This document shows positions 1-11,177 of a stretch of DNA of 64,000 nt, one piece after another. The notes under the pieces are model-generated. The model was not told the DNA's origin. It saw only the letters and a list, made by a program, of their open reading frames with translations, and did not search any database. The first letter of the stretch is position 1. Every line of letters starts with the position of its first letter. The translations under genes were made by a program, and so were the position numbers. Source of the stretch: Callorhinchus milii (taxonomy: Eukaryota); assembly GCF_018977255.1 (NCBI RefSeq), contig NW_024704742.1, forward strand, positions 19,656,001 to 19,720,000, written 5' to 3'.

Positions 1-904
1 CTAACAACTGTCAATATGGATTTCCGAATCACCTACATAAAAGGTGCCATAATTAGAGTTTTTTCAGTCAAATATGAAAGCAAAATGTTTGTAAACCAAA
101 TACTGTCTTCAATCAGTAATATAAACACACTGCAGGTTTGCACCAAACAATACCCGAGAGATTTGGGAAGAAAGCCCTTTGGCTCATTTGATTCCAATTT
201 TCCAAAACAACATCAAGTTGTTTCTTAATTAAGTTTGGGGTCCTGATTCACTTCAGTCATTAGTTACCTTCCATGAAGAAAAATACTTCCTGGTGTGAAC
301 AACATTATTCATTTTGAGAAAGGATGAGAGGAATAGCACTTCTAGTCCTCTACAAAACATTCAGCTACTTTCACAAACACCTACTTTTGAGGAAAGGACA
401 GGGACATTTAATTCAAAGCATTTATTACATAGTGTGACATAAAATAATGCACAGATAATATTCCTGTGTTGCCCGTTCTCTCCAGAGTCTATTGATGAAT
501 TTAAACCATGTTTACTTTCAAAACGGTCATAACTGATCCATTGTTATTCAGCTCTTTTCAGTCTAAAGTCTGAGTTTGTGAGATACAAATGATTCACTGC
601 TACAACTCAGCCCCACAAAGGAAACCTCTTATCTTCTAATGAGAACATAAGGTGCAAGCTTCTGGAGATATTTTTGTGTTGGGAGGAGGATAAAGAGCAA
701 TGAAGCCAGTAGAGCAGAGTTTAGACCCATTCCATTGTCCATCTGTGAAGGAGTGTGTGTATTTATGGTCAGCAAGGAATAGGATTGTGCTTCATATGAT
801 CAGTGCTACGATCAAAAACCCTGCTGCCTGCTTACCATTTTGGGTTCATTTTGACAAATGCTCACTGGTGTAAGGTACCAGGGCTCTCACTGATAAGCCA
901 ATGT

Positions 905-1450
905 CCTCATTATTCTATTTGAAGGGACTATTCACAAATCCAGCTCATTCAGAACTCTGCCGCCCACACACTGACCCGGACCAAACTCTGTACCCGTCTC
1001 ACCAGTTCTGACCAGGCTCCACTGGCTCCCCCTCACTGAACGGATCGACTTCAAGATCCTCACTCGTGTTCAAATTCATTCGCTCCCTGGCACCTCCCTA
1101 TCTCTCCGACCTCCTCACTCCCCAATCCACCACCCGGCACCTCCGCTCGACTGGCACCGGCCTCCTGCTCGTCCCTCGCACCCTCCACCCCACCATTAGA
1201 GGTTGTGCTTTCAGCCACTGCGCCCCAAAACTCTGGAACACTCTCCCTCAATCCCTTCGCCTTGACCTCTCTCTCACCTCTTTCAAGTCCTGCCTGAAAT
1301 CTTTCCTGTTCGACCATGTTTACGGCCACCTCCCTCCTCCCCCTGCTCGGAGTCAGGCTCCGCCACTTTTAAGCGCTCTGAGACACTACCCTGAGTGGAG
1401 GGCATTGTTATTGTTATGTCTAAGTATGAATAAGTGCAAGTTGTTGTTGC
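905..1450 (+). mobile_element. L2-type LINE 3' fragment
   Basis: ORF2 C-terminal remnant (LAPPYLSDLL, AFSHCAPKLWN, FKSCLKSFLF) and (TTG)n tail. Confidence 0.82.
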
Positions 1451-1721
1451 CTTGGGATGTCCTTCCGACATGAAAGGCGGAAATACAATTGCAATTTTGT
1501 TCTTTTTGTTGTTGTTATGTCTAATTATGAATTCCTCTCAAACTATCACCACAAGAAATATGTGAATAAGGACAGGGCTAGGCTTCATGGTTTCCAAGGA
1601 GATACAATATCCAGGTTTGTATATGAATATTGCATTGACCATTTGGGAAGAACACCAACTTCTGAATATCAAGAGATTTTGTGGCACTTATCCTTTAAAC
1701 CCTGTGTTCAATACTCATTTA

Positions 1722-2335
1722 CAACAACAACAACAACAACAACAAAATTACATTTATAGAGCGCCTTTCACGTCTGGAGGACATCCCAAAGCACTGAACA
1801 GTCAGGTGTTGGGGCCCGAGCTCGGGGGAGTCGTGATTTAGGGGTGAGGGAAGGCAGAGAGGTGGGAGGGCCATCAAAGTCACGATCGAAAAGAAGAGTC
1901 TTGAGACCGGCCTTGAAGGAGGCAGGGGAGGAAGCGATGGAGTTTCAGAGTGTGGGGACAGAGAGGCTGAAAGCCCGGCCACCGATGGTAGGGAGGGTCA
2001 GGCGGGAGACATGGAGAAGATCGGAGCCCGCTGAGCAGAGGGAGCGGGCAGGTTGGTAGGGAGTCAGCAGATCAGAGAGGTAGGAGGGGGCAAGGCCATG
2101 GATGGCCTTGAAAGTAAGGACGAGGATCTTGAACTTGATCCTCTGGAGGATGGGGAGCCAGTGGAGCTCGGGCGATGGTGGAAGTGATGGGGTCGCGGAG
2201 CCTGGTGCGCGAGAGTATACGAACTGCAGAGTTTTGGATGATCTGCAGCTTGTGAAGGGAAGAGTTGGGAAGGCCGATGAGGAGGGAGTTTCCATAATCA
2301 AGCCTTGATGTGACGAATGCGTGGGTGAGGGTATT
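1722..2335 (-). mobile_element. L2-type LINE 3' fragment
   Basis: HAFVTSRLDYGNSLLIGLP, LHWLPILQRIKFKIL; (CAA)n on +. Confidence 0.85.
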
Positions 2336-3050
2336 TAGTTTTAAAAGTGAAAGAGCAGGAAACAAGGATTAAGGAGCTAATAAAACACAGGCTAGATGGG
2401 CCAATGGTCCTGTGCTGAAATATCTATTTGTCCCCAAATCACCCATCAGTTTCAAAAAGTGGGAGGAAGTAAATGTACATGGTTCAGAATTTTCATTACA
2501 TAGGAACTGTTCATGCATGTGTTTTGGCAATGAAAAAATACAAAAAATACAGATGTCAACAATGTGATAAGGCACTATATTAAATGCAAGGATTATTTAT
2601 TATGATTAGATTTATGTCTTGTGTACATTCAGGTGCACACATTATCACTATACAATTATCGTTTTGACATTTTATTCTACAAATTGACATTAGATGAATA
2701 CTGCCACTTGTTTAATGTGAATTAAATGTTCTTATATTAAGAGTGGCACTTTATTTTAATAATAATCTTTCCATTTTTATACAGCACCTTATCACATAGT
2801 TGAGACATTTCAAAGCACTTGTCAGGATACACACTGTAAAGTGGTCGACTGTGTGTTTTGTGGTCGAAAGTTATCACCAACTCCAAGGTACTCAGTCAAT
2901 TGAACAACAGACTTAGGACCAGAAGGTTCTGGATTTGAATCACAGTGGGACTTTTTAGTCCTTCAATATTTTGAGATATTGAGAACATTTGTCCTGCTCA
3001 CATTAAACATGTTGACCTCAAGATCACAAAAGATTTACAGAATCTTTTAG

Positions 3051-3206
3051 TCAGTTATTTGGCTTCAGGACTTTGTACCCATCCCGCAGCAGGTCTCTCC
3101 ATGCTTTGAGCAACTGGGCATTTGCTGAACATTTTGCAGTCAGATCATCCACTTGAGCTGAAAGAGTTGAGGTGGTGTCCCAGATTTTTGCTAAATACAA
3201 GGCCAT
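3051..3206 (-). CDS. C4orf46: C4orf46 homologue, terminal coding exon
   Basis: MALYLAKIWDTTSTLSAQVDDLTAKCSANAQLLKAWRDLLRDGYKVLKPNN* matches the recalled C4orf46 C-terminus (AQVEELAFKC..WRDLLKEGY..LKP); acceptor tttacatttcag; head-to-head with ETFDH as in other vertebrates. Confidence 0.85.
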   Translation of the reverse strand: MALYLAKIWDTTSTLSAQVDDLTAKCSANAQLLKAWRDLLRDGYKVLKPNN

Positions 3207-3519
3207 CTGAAATGTAAACAAAGAGGTTAACATAACAATCTAAAGGTGTAGTAATAGGAAAAGGTCATTCAGACCATCAACCTCTACTTATAATAATCTT
3301 TGCATTTGATGTAGCGCCTTATCATGTCATCAAAGAGTTTCAAAGCGCTTCACAAGATATTCATTAAAGTGGATCGACTAGAAATATGTATTTTGTGGAT
3401 GAAAATTGTCGGACTGCCATGTGGGGAGTCATCTCTGGGGGATTTTTGCCAGGAATCACGAACAATCACCGAATAATGTCCAGGTGAATGTCACCATGGT
3501 GACCATTGCCAGGTTCCCC

Positions 3520-3975
3520 GACTGTCACCATCCTACCATTCAGAACCATGTGCTCTCCCAGTCCGTGAGCCGATCACCCTCGTCCTCACCTGCTTCTACA
3601 TCCCTCAGAGGATCGAGTTCAAGGTCCTCATCCTCACTTTTAAAACCCTCCATGGTTGTGCTCCTATCTACCTCTGCAACCTGCTAAAGCTTTGCCAACT
3701 TGCCACTCGGCAGGCCTGCTCCATGTCCCCCTCTCTGCTTGCTCCACTGTCTGATGTCAGTCCTTCAGCCTTTCTGCCTCTATCCTCTGGATCTCCATCC
3801 CAGAATCTCTCCTCCTCACCTGTTTCCTTGCCTTCTTAAAGGTCGGTCCCAAGACCTTCCTCTTTGACCGTGCCTTCAGTCATCTTTGGCTCCAAACCCC
3901 TGCTGATTCCAAACCCTTGACTGTCCAGTGCCTTGGGACGTCCTCCTGATGTGAAAAGCATTATATTAAGTTACA
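3520..3975 (+). mobile_element. Old L2 3' fragment in the C4orf46 intron
   Basis: gaggatcgagttcaaggtcctcatcctcac.. and tail ccttgggacgtcctcctgatgtgaaa. Confidence 0.7.
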
Positions 3976-4239
3976 TTAAGCAACTTATTGTACTTTGTAA
4001 ACATGAGAAGCAGTTTCAGGGATGGAAAGCGCAATATAAATGCAATCTGTTGTTGCTGTTGTTGACTTATCAAGGTCTTTTCTTAGTGGTGTTGCCCCCA
4101 CCCCTCCCCACCCGCATGCTGGTCCGGACTCTGGTGCCTGTGCCCCCTGTGCCAATCTGTGGTGCTCACTGTGTTAATCTCTGGTGCCTCCTGTGCCACT
4201 CTCTGTTGCCTCCTGGTCTTATACTGGTGCCGTTCTGAC

Positions 4240-4319
4240 CTGGTCGATGAGCTCCTCTACTCTACAGTTGGCTCTTGCTGGCCAACCTGATCGCCCTCGT
4301 GATCCTCACCCACGCTCAT
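4240..4319 (-). CDS. C4orf46: Putative C4orf46 first exon (reading frame appears disrupted)
   Basis: ATG at 4319 gives MSVGEDHEGDQVGQQEPTVE*; donor CAG|gtcaga after 4240 is phase 0 in a different frame (..VEELIDQ). Confidence 0.4.
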
Positions 4320-4826
4320 TCTCCAACCTCCACCGAGGACCCCGGCCAGCGCCTGCCCCACCGCAGGCTGCCCCAGGGGCGGGAAACTCCAGAAAGATTT
4401 TCAACTTTTTAACGGAATCATCATCATCTTCAGTAATAAATAACGTTGGTGGGGGGGGGGGGGCAAGTTCGCTCTCCCGCCCACATCTTTAACGGGTATT
4501 TGTCTTGGACCAACAGTCATTCAAGACGCCAGCCCCGAGTCACGTGCAACCGCACCGCTGGCTCATTTCAACACTGAAACGTTTATTCTAATAAAAAACG
4601 GTGCACTTGATATCCAGCCTTTAGCTTTGCCTCAAAGCGCTTCACTGGATTGCATATTTTGTAGGCGGCTGCTTTGTGCACTGCAAAGTCAGCATCCAGC
4701 TTTAACGGGGCTGGCGGGGGCTCGGGGGGGGGCGGGCGGGCGGGGGCCCGGGGGGGGGGGGGGGCTGTCGGGCAGGACACCGAGAGAAACCCTCTCCTCT
4801 TTTCAAGTTATGCCACTGGATCTTGA

Positions 4827-5152
4827 GGAGTCCTGTAGCTCAGTGGTTAGAGCACTCGCTTTGCAAGTGAGAGACCCGAGTTCAATTCCCGGCAGAGGGT
4901 GAAACCTTGGGCAAGTTTCCTTACTCCACACAGAGCCTAATAATAATCCCTCCAAAAAACAAAAAGCAATAATAAAAAATAAATTGGTCATTTTCAATCT
5001 ACGACTGTTTGTGGGACAGCGCTGTGCGCAATCGGCTGCCGCGTTCGCCCACAAATATACAGTCAATTCACTTTGCAGTGTGTTCTGTGAAGCGCTTTGG
5101 GACGTCCTCCCGACGTGAAAAGCGCTATATCAAATGCAAGGATTATTATTAT
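4827..5152 (+). mobile_element. tRNA-Ala-derived SINE, full length
   Basis: A box tagctcagtgg, anticodon arm ctcgc-tttgcaa-gtgag, B box gagttcaattc, (TTA)n tail; many copies in window. Confidence 0.88.
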
Positions 5153-5569
5153 CTCATAACGTCCACCGGAATAGGTGGGCGCAGAGGGTGGCCCCCTGGC
5201 CGGCCTTCAACAGGGCACAGAGCTCCCCCTGGGACACAGCTCCCTGTGTAAGGCACAGAGCATGACCAGCCCTGGGTGGGGGGGGGGGGGGGAGGGGCGT
5301 GAACCAGGCGCTGACTCCACCGCAGACAGCAACGTCATCGCCACCTGTGGCGAGTGACGCGGAGGAGGAGGCGGAGCCCAGAGCCCAGAGGGGCGCGCGT
5401 GCGCAGCAGCGATAAGCGTGGGACGGGACGGCAATGCCCGGCCTGGAGTGCGCGCGCAGCGCAGGGCGCCCACCGAGTCAACGGTTGGAGTGGTAGCGGG
5501 GCGGGGCGGGGGGAGAGTGCGCAGGCGCACAGCGGCCGCGGGCAGTGTGCTCACCCCGGGGCCTGCGCC

Positions 5570-5603
5570 ATGTTGTCTCCTGGCTGCAGCCTCTCCGCGA
5601 GAG
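5570..5603 (+). CDS. ETFDH: ETFDH exon 1 (mitochondrial presequence start)
   Basis: gcgccATG TTG TCT.. MLSPGCSLSAR, 34 nt, GAG|gtaagt; phase 1 fits exon 2. Confidence 0.88.
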
Positions 5604-6987
5604 GTAAGTGTCACCTCCTTTACTTTTTAATGAGAGAGACCGTTCACCGGGTCCGGGCCTCAGCTTCACCCTCCCGCCTCCCTCCTAACCCCCAATAACA
5701 GCCCCGGCTCCGCTGCCCGGGCCCCGCGGTTGGTCACCTGACCGCAGGGGCTTTGCTCGCAATTAAACTCCCCGTTTTATAGCCTGAAGTAGCCCAAAGT
5801 AGCCCAATTACTGTGTTGTTTCCCATGGGGCGGGAGCGGGCGGGCGGGCGGGCGGGGAACGGGAGGGGGGGGAGGAACAAAATGTTTGTCGGGTTTAAAT
5901 TTAAAACATAACAAAGTTAGGCTCCCATCCAAAGCTGATGCTCCTCCCGCACTGTGTGCCAACAAAACCCCTGAACCCGCCCGCGGCAGAATCGGGGGCA
6001 AAGTTCACGGGCGCGATGTGGGTCAGAGGTGAGTCTGTGGGGCAAACGCGACGTGTCATCTTCACCGCAAGACTTCACTGTCAGACGAGGCACTGGCAGG
6101 TGAGTAACATCGAGAGCCACGGACAGATTCTCAGCAGTTTTATGGTTTAACATCGAGACACGGCACACAGTGAAATGAATATGTGCATCGCCTTAAACTT
6201 TGTATTGTGCATTGTTCGTTTGCTTGGGCCCTGGAATATCATCTGCCCCGAGTCCAGGACTCCAGACTGCAAGGTGTCGGTCAGACGGTCACATTGCAAG
6301 GGGAAGAGGAGACGTGTTTGTTTGCAGAGGTTTTTTTTTAAACCACTTGATTTTGTGGCAGATTGTGTTTGGACTTGAAACCTGGTTTAAAAAACAAATG
6401 AAACCGTTTGAGTGTCATTTTTAGACAAGAGCCCGTCTGTTTTTTGGGGTCCAGCAATGGGATCGCCATGGTTTGCTGCCGTCCTGAAAATAAAACCACC
6501 GAGTTTGTCAAGATATTAAACAATTAAACAATTAGTTTCAATATATATGATTATCTTGATGTTTACGAGTTGTTTATTAATACATTAAAATAATCTGATT
6601 ATCGAGAACCAACGAGCAAAAAAATATAGTAGTATGTCAATGACCTAAAAAATTGAATCATAGATATGATCGAAGGAAACAGTATATTTGATCCATTCAG
6701 TTAAACAGGTCTCTATCTCCACGTGAATCATATTCTCCAGCTTGCACCCACATGCTTGACATGCATCTGGTTACCTTTTAAAATCATTTAGAGAATGAGA
6801 ATGTTTCAGGAAATAATGAGGGTAAATTTCTTCTTGCTACTACTTGCCGCAACATTGCTGATGTTCTCATATTATGGCATTTTCACATTATAAACTCCTA
6901 TCCTCAATAAAGGTGTTAATAATAAAGGCAATAATAGTAATCATCATCATAATAAAGAACAAATTACAAATGTGCTTTCCTTTGCAG

Positions 6988-7140
6988 CACACCGGTGTCT
7001 ACATTCTTTGCGACTAGTACGAAAGGAATCTCTTCCTTCTCTGGGGTACACGAGAAGATGGATTTCCTCCTCATCGGTAAATTCCAGTCTCACTACACAC
7101 TACACAGTGCATCCTCGGGAGAAAGATTCACGATGGGAAG
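6988..7140 (+). CDS. ETFDH: ETFDH exon 2
   Basis: ttgcag|..TTHYTVHPREKDSRWE G|gtaatg. Confidence 0.93.
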
Positions 7141-7444
7141 GTAATGATTTTGTTTAACATATCAACACGAAATATGGCTGAAAAATGTTTTTGTTGATGA
7201 TTCAGTAGTTTTAGTGGTAGAATATTGATCTGAGTCACAATCTTAGGCTGTGTTTAAATATGGATATTCCAAACAAACATGTTGACCAGTTCTTGTTAGT
7301 ATTGCTGGATTGATTCGGGTGTGGAAATCGATACATTCATATCTTGTTTTTTTTGGCAAGAAGAAACAGTTCTTGTTTTGTCAATTATTTGCAAATTGTT
7401 GACTATAAAGAAGTCTGTGGCACATGTTCAGATATTAATATATA

Positions 7445-7725
7445 ATAATAATCCTTGCATTTGATATAGCACCTTTCACGTCTTCTCGATGTCTCAAAAA
7501 GCTTCACAGAATATACTGTAAAGTAAATTAACTGTATATTCGTGGGCGAAGCGCGACAGCCAATTGCGCACAGCAATGTCCCACAAACAGTCGTGGATTA
7601 AGTGACCAATTTTTTTCTTGAGGGATTATTATCAGGCATAAGGAAACTTGCCCAAGTTTCAATCTGCTGGGAATCGAACCCAGGTTTCTCGCTTGTGAGG
7701 CGAGTGCTCTAACCACTGAGCTACA
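7445..7725 (-). mobile_element. tRNA-derived SINE, same family
   Basis: (AAT)n ccttgcatttgatatag..aaccactgagctaca. Confidence 0.85.
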
Positions 7726-8684
7726 GATAAGGGAATGGTTTGGATGGGATGTCAGTATGTATTGATAGGACATTAAAAGCCCAGTTTTTAGAATTTTTAA
7801 AAAGATTTTAGAATCCTGTTTCTATGTGTACAATAATGACGTAACTGAAAATAGCCATTTAAATTCATCATTTATGCAAAAGGATCTGATTAAAATAGAT
7901 TTTTTTTTTTGCTCAATTGTTTATCTAAAGCACACAGGAGAACACCTCAATGCTTACGAAACCAAACATCTTGAGCATTGTGTTTGTTTGGAATGGAGTG
8001 CACGCACTCTCCTCAGAGGGGTGCAACACTTGCTTAACTAATATTGAATAAGGCATTGCAATTTGGAAGAAATCAAGGCTTTGGGAGTCCACAGTGTGCT
8101 TTGGGTTAGTGCTAGAGTTTAACCTGTTAAGACTGTGCTGCCAGTCATTTCGGAAAAATGGTAAGCTTCCTGCTACTTGTCCTTGTAGGACCACCCTACA
8201 GTTGCAGGGTTATCTGGAGCTCCGAAGGAAGCTCCGGTGGGTAATAATTTCATCAAAAAAAATTGGTCAATCCACAACTGTATGTGGGACACTGCTGTGC
8301 GCAATTGGCTGCCGTGTTTCACCCACAAAATATTCAGTCAATTCACTTTGCAGTATATTCTGGTGATAGTGTGGGAAACAGAACATTGCAATAGGAAATG
8401 TTCTCTTGAGAATGGGTTGAGCTCTGCTCTGTGCGAGAGATGGATTGATTGCGAGTGGTCAATGCTGATACTGGGTCCCTGAAATAGGAAAGTGAAATTT
8501 TTGATATTAAAGTGAAAACCATAAGTATTTGAGCAATCTTTGTGTGTCTGTTTCCTAATTTAAGAAAATGCACAATAGGTAGTACTATTTAGGTCATATT
8601 TAGAACAGAAAATATGTGCATTATTTTCAATGGCATGCATAGGTCAGATTGTTTATTAATTTGACATTTATGTCCTGCATTAAG

Positions 8685-8914
8685 GAGTGAACATGGAGCG
8701 TTTTACAGATGAAACTGATGTGTTGATAGTGGGTGGAGGTCCTGCAGGTCTGTCTGCAGCCATTCGTCTGAAACAGCTGGCAAATGAACATGACCAGGAA
8801 CTGCGAGTGTGTTTGGTGGAAAAAGCTTCACAAATTGGTGGGCATATACTTTCTGGGGCCTGCCTAGAACCAAAAGCTCTAAATGAGCTCTTTCCAGACT
8901 GGAAGGAGAGAGGG
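8685..8914 (+). CDS. ETFDH: ETFDH exon 3 (FAD-binding GGGPAG motif)
   Basis: [35 protein letters not shown], 230 nt, AG/GT ends. Confidence 0.97.
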
Positions 8915-9459
8915 GTAAGGAAGTCATTTTATGGCATTTTATGTTTATTTTATGGTCTGTTTTTGATATTAAAATGAAAACCATAAGTAGTTGAGCAAAA
9001 TTTACATTTTGGAGGCATTGTTTAATGCAGTGATGTTATACAGTACTCTTGTCTTCTATGCAAGCAGACGTTCAAGCAACACACTGATACTGAACTATTC
9101 TGACAGTCACTTAAAAGAGGTAGAAACCAAATAAACATTCATTTAAACATCACACAAAGTCATCATTGAAGTTTAACTGATAGCTATTTAGTTGCTCATA
9201 AAAGCCTACATTGTTAAAACTAGAATATTATTTACATTAAAGACTGACACTTTACATAAATAATAGTTATGCACTGAATAATAGTTATACATTTTTTAAA
9301 AGGTTATTACAAAAATTCTAATTATTTGTAATTTTAAGCAGTTAAAAGTTTTAGAATTTTGTCTCAAGGAAATGCTAAAAGCTACAGTTTACAACAGTGA
9401 GGTTTGTTTGTTTCAGGGCTTTATAAAGCAATTGAAAACAAATCTCATATACAAGTACA

Positions 9460-9885
9460 AATAATAATCATTACATTTAGCATAGCACTTTTCACATCAT
9501 GAGGCCATCTCAAAGCTCTTCACAGGATTTTACTGTAAAGTGTAAGTGACTGCATAGTTGGCAGTTGAATATGACAGCTCATTTGCACACAGCAATATTC
9601 CCCAAACACCCATAAAGTGAGTGACCAATTTTATCTGAGGGATTAATTGTTGGCCAGGGAGATTACAGTCATGGGATCTTTCAAGTCCACCTGAACAGGC
9701 GGATGGGACTTCGACTTCATCTTTACACGATGTCTCATACAAACGATTCTACTTCTAATAATGCAGCACTCTCACAGCACTCTATTGCATTCCCAGTCTA
9801 TATATATTGAGGTTAAATTCCCAACATGGGACTTGAATCCACAACCTGACCCAGAGGCTGCAGTGCTACCAACTGAACCAGACTG
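9460..9885 (-). mobile_element. Old Deu-domain SINE (AmnSINE1/SacSINE1-like)
   Basis: gggatctttcaagtccacctgaacagg..gcagcactc..gggacttgaatccacaacc..gtgctaccaactgaacca resembles the recalled DeuSINE consensus. Confidence 0.65.
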
Positions 9886-10119
9886 ATCCCCATTGAGGAG
9901 AAATCAGTGTAGTAAATTAACATTTTGTTTGAGACACTCAGGCAGAGACTGGACATCACTAACATTTTTTAAAACTAAATTATCAGCATCTATTCTTCAA
10001 TTCAAGAAAATATACAGTCAATTCACTTTACAATATATTCTGTGAAGTGATTTGAGACATCTCGATGACTTTCAAATGCAAGGATTATTATTATATGAAA
10101 TGAGAGGATTATTTCATAC

Positions 10120-10462
10120 TTACCCTAACCAAACTCCGTACCCCCATCTCACCAGTTCTGGCCAGGATCTACTGGCTCCTCATCAACAAACCGATCGACT
10201 TCAAGATCCTCACACTCATTTTAAAATCTATTCACTCTCTGGCACCATCTTACTTCTCCGACTTCCTCACACCCCAATCCACCATGCGGTGCCTCCGCTC
10301 GACTGGCACCGGCTCCTACTTGTCCCTCTCAGCCTCCACTCCACCATTGGAGGTTGAGCTTTCAGCCACTATGCCCCGAAGTCAGGATCTGCCACTGTTA
10401 AGCGCTCTGAGACACTACCCTGAGTGGAGGGCACTATATAAGTGCAAGTTGTTGTTATTGTT
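10120..10462 (+). mobile_element. L2 3' fragment
   Basis: Closely similar to the 905-1450 copy, including tail agcgctctgagacactaccctgagtggagggc. Confidence 0.8.
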
Positions 10463-11095
10463 AATTGCTAAAGGGCGTTAGAGTGTTTTCTGTGCTTGAC
10501 AGCAGTGAGTGAATCAAAGAGTTAAATTTTTTACACGTGAATAGCACCTTTCATGTAAAAAAATAGTAAAGTGCTTTACAAAATAAGACTGTAAAAAAAA
10601 TTAAATAAGTGTTGTTACCCCACAGCTAATCTATGTTAGCAATGTTGTAGACACATTGGAGTGTTGACGATGGAGTGTAATTCAGGATAATCGTGAGAAA
10701 AGAACATGCTTGAAAAAGCTGCAGGAAGTGGGGGAATCCCTTAACATCTACCACAAGGAATCACAAGGGAGCAGGGACCTAAATTAACAACTCAATGAAA
10801 AATATGATCTGGAAATGAATAATAAACTTGTGTTTAGTACAGAATGTTATACAGGCAAATACAACAGCCAACTTGTGACAGCAGCATTCCACAAACAGCA
10901 ATTAGAGTAGTCTTCAAATTAATTTAAATTAAGGTGTTTGAGGAGTTGCAAATTACAGTATAGCACTTCAGAATACTGGTGTCAAATTGCTCAGCAGATT
11001 TTTACTAATAAATTGTGCATTTGTTTTACAAATCTAACAAGCTCTTTTGTTTTTGAATATAGTTTTATGTAATCAATTGTATTTCTGGGTAACAG

Positions 11096-11177
11096 GCTCC
11101 ACTCCACACTCTAGTGAAAGAAGACGTCTTTGGTATTTTAACAAAGAAATACAGAATTCCTGTTCCAATGCTACCAG
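11096..11177 (+). CDS. ETFDH: ETFDH exon 4
   Basis: [27 protein letters not shown], 82 nt, AG/GT ends. Confidence 0.95.

Larger units (their letters stand above)
4280..6170. promoter_or_regulatory. CpG island / bidirectional promoter of C4orf46 and ETFDH
   Basis: GC- and CpG-rich against an AT-rich background; NRF1-type TGCGCAGGCGCA 5518-5529, GC boxes ~5498-5511, E-box GTCACGTG 4539-4546. Confidence 0.8.

Noticed and set aside
4827..4900. tRNA-Ala(TGC) gene
   Set aside because: The tRNA-like head runs into a SINE body and tail, is multi-copy, and lacks a proper acceptor stem and T-run terminator
5175..5698. Overlapping GC-rich ORFs
   Set aside because: Expected in a CpG island; only the 34-nt ETFDH exon 1 is supported by splice phase
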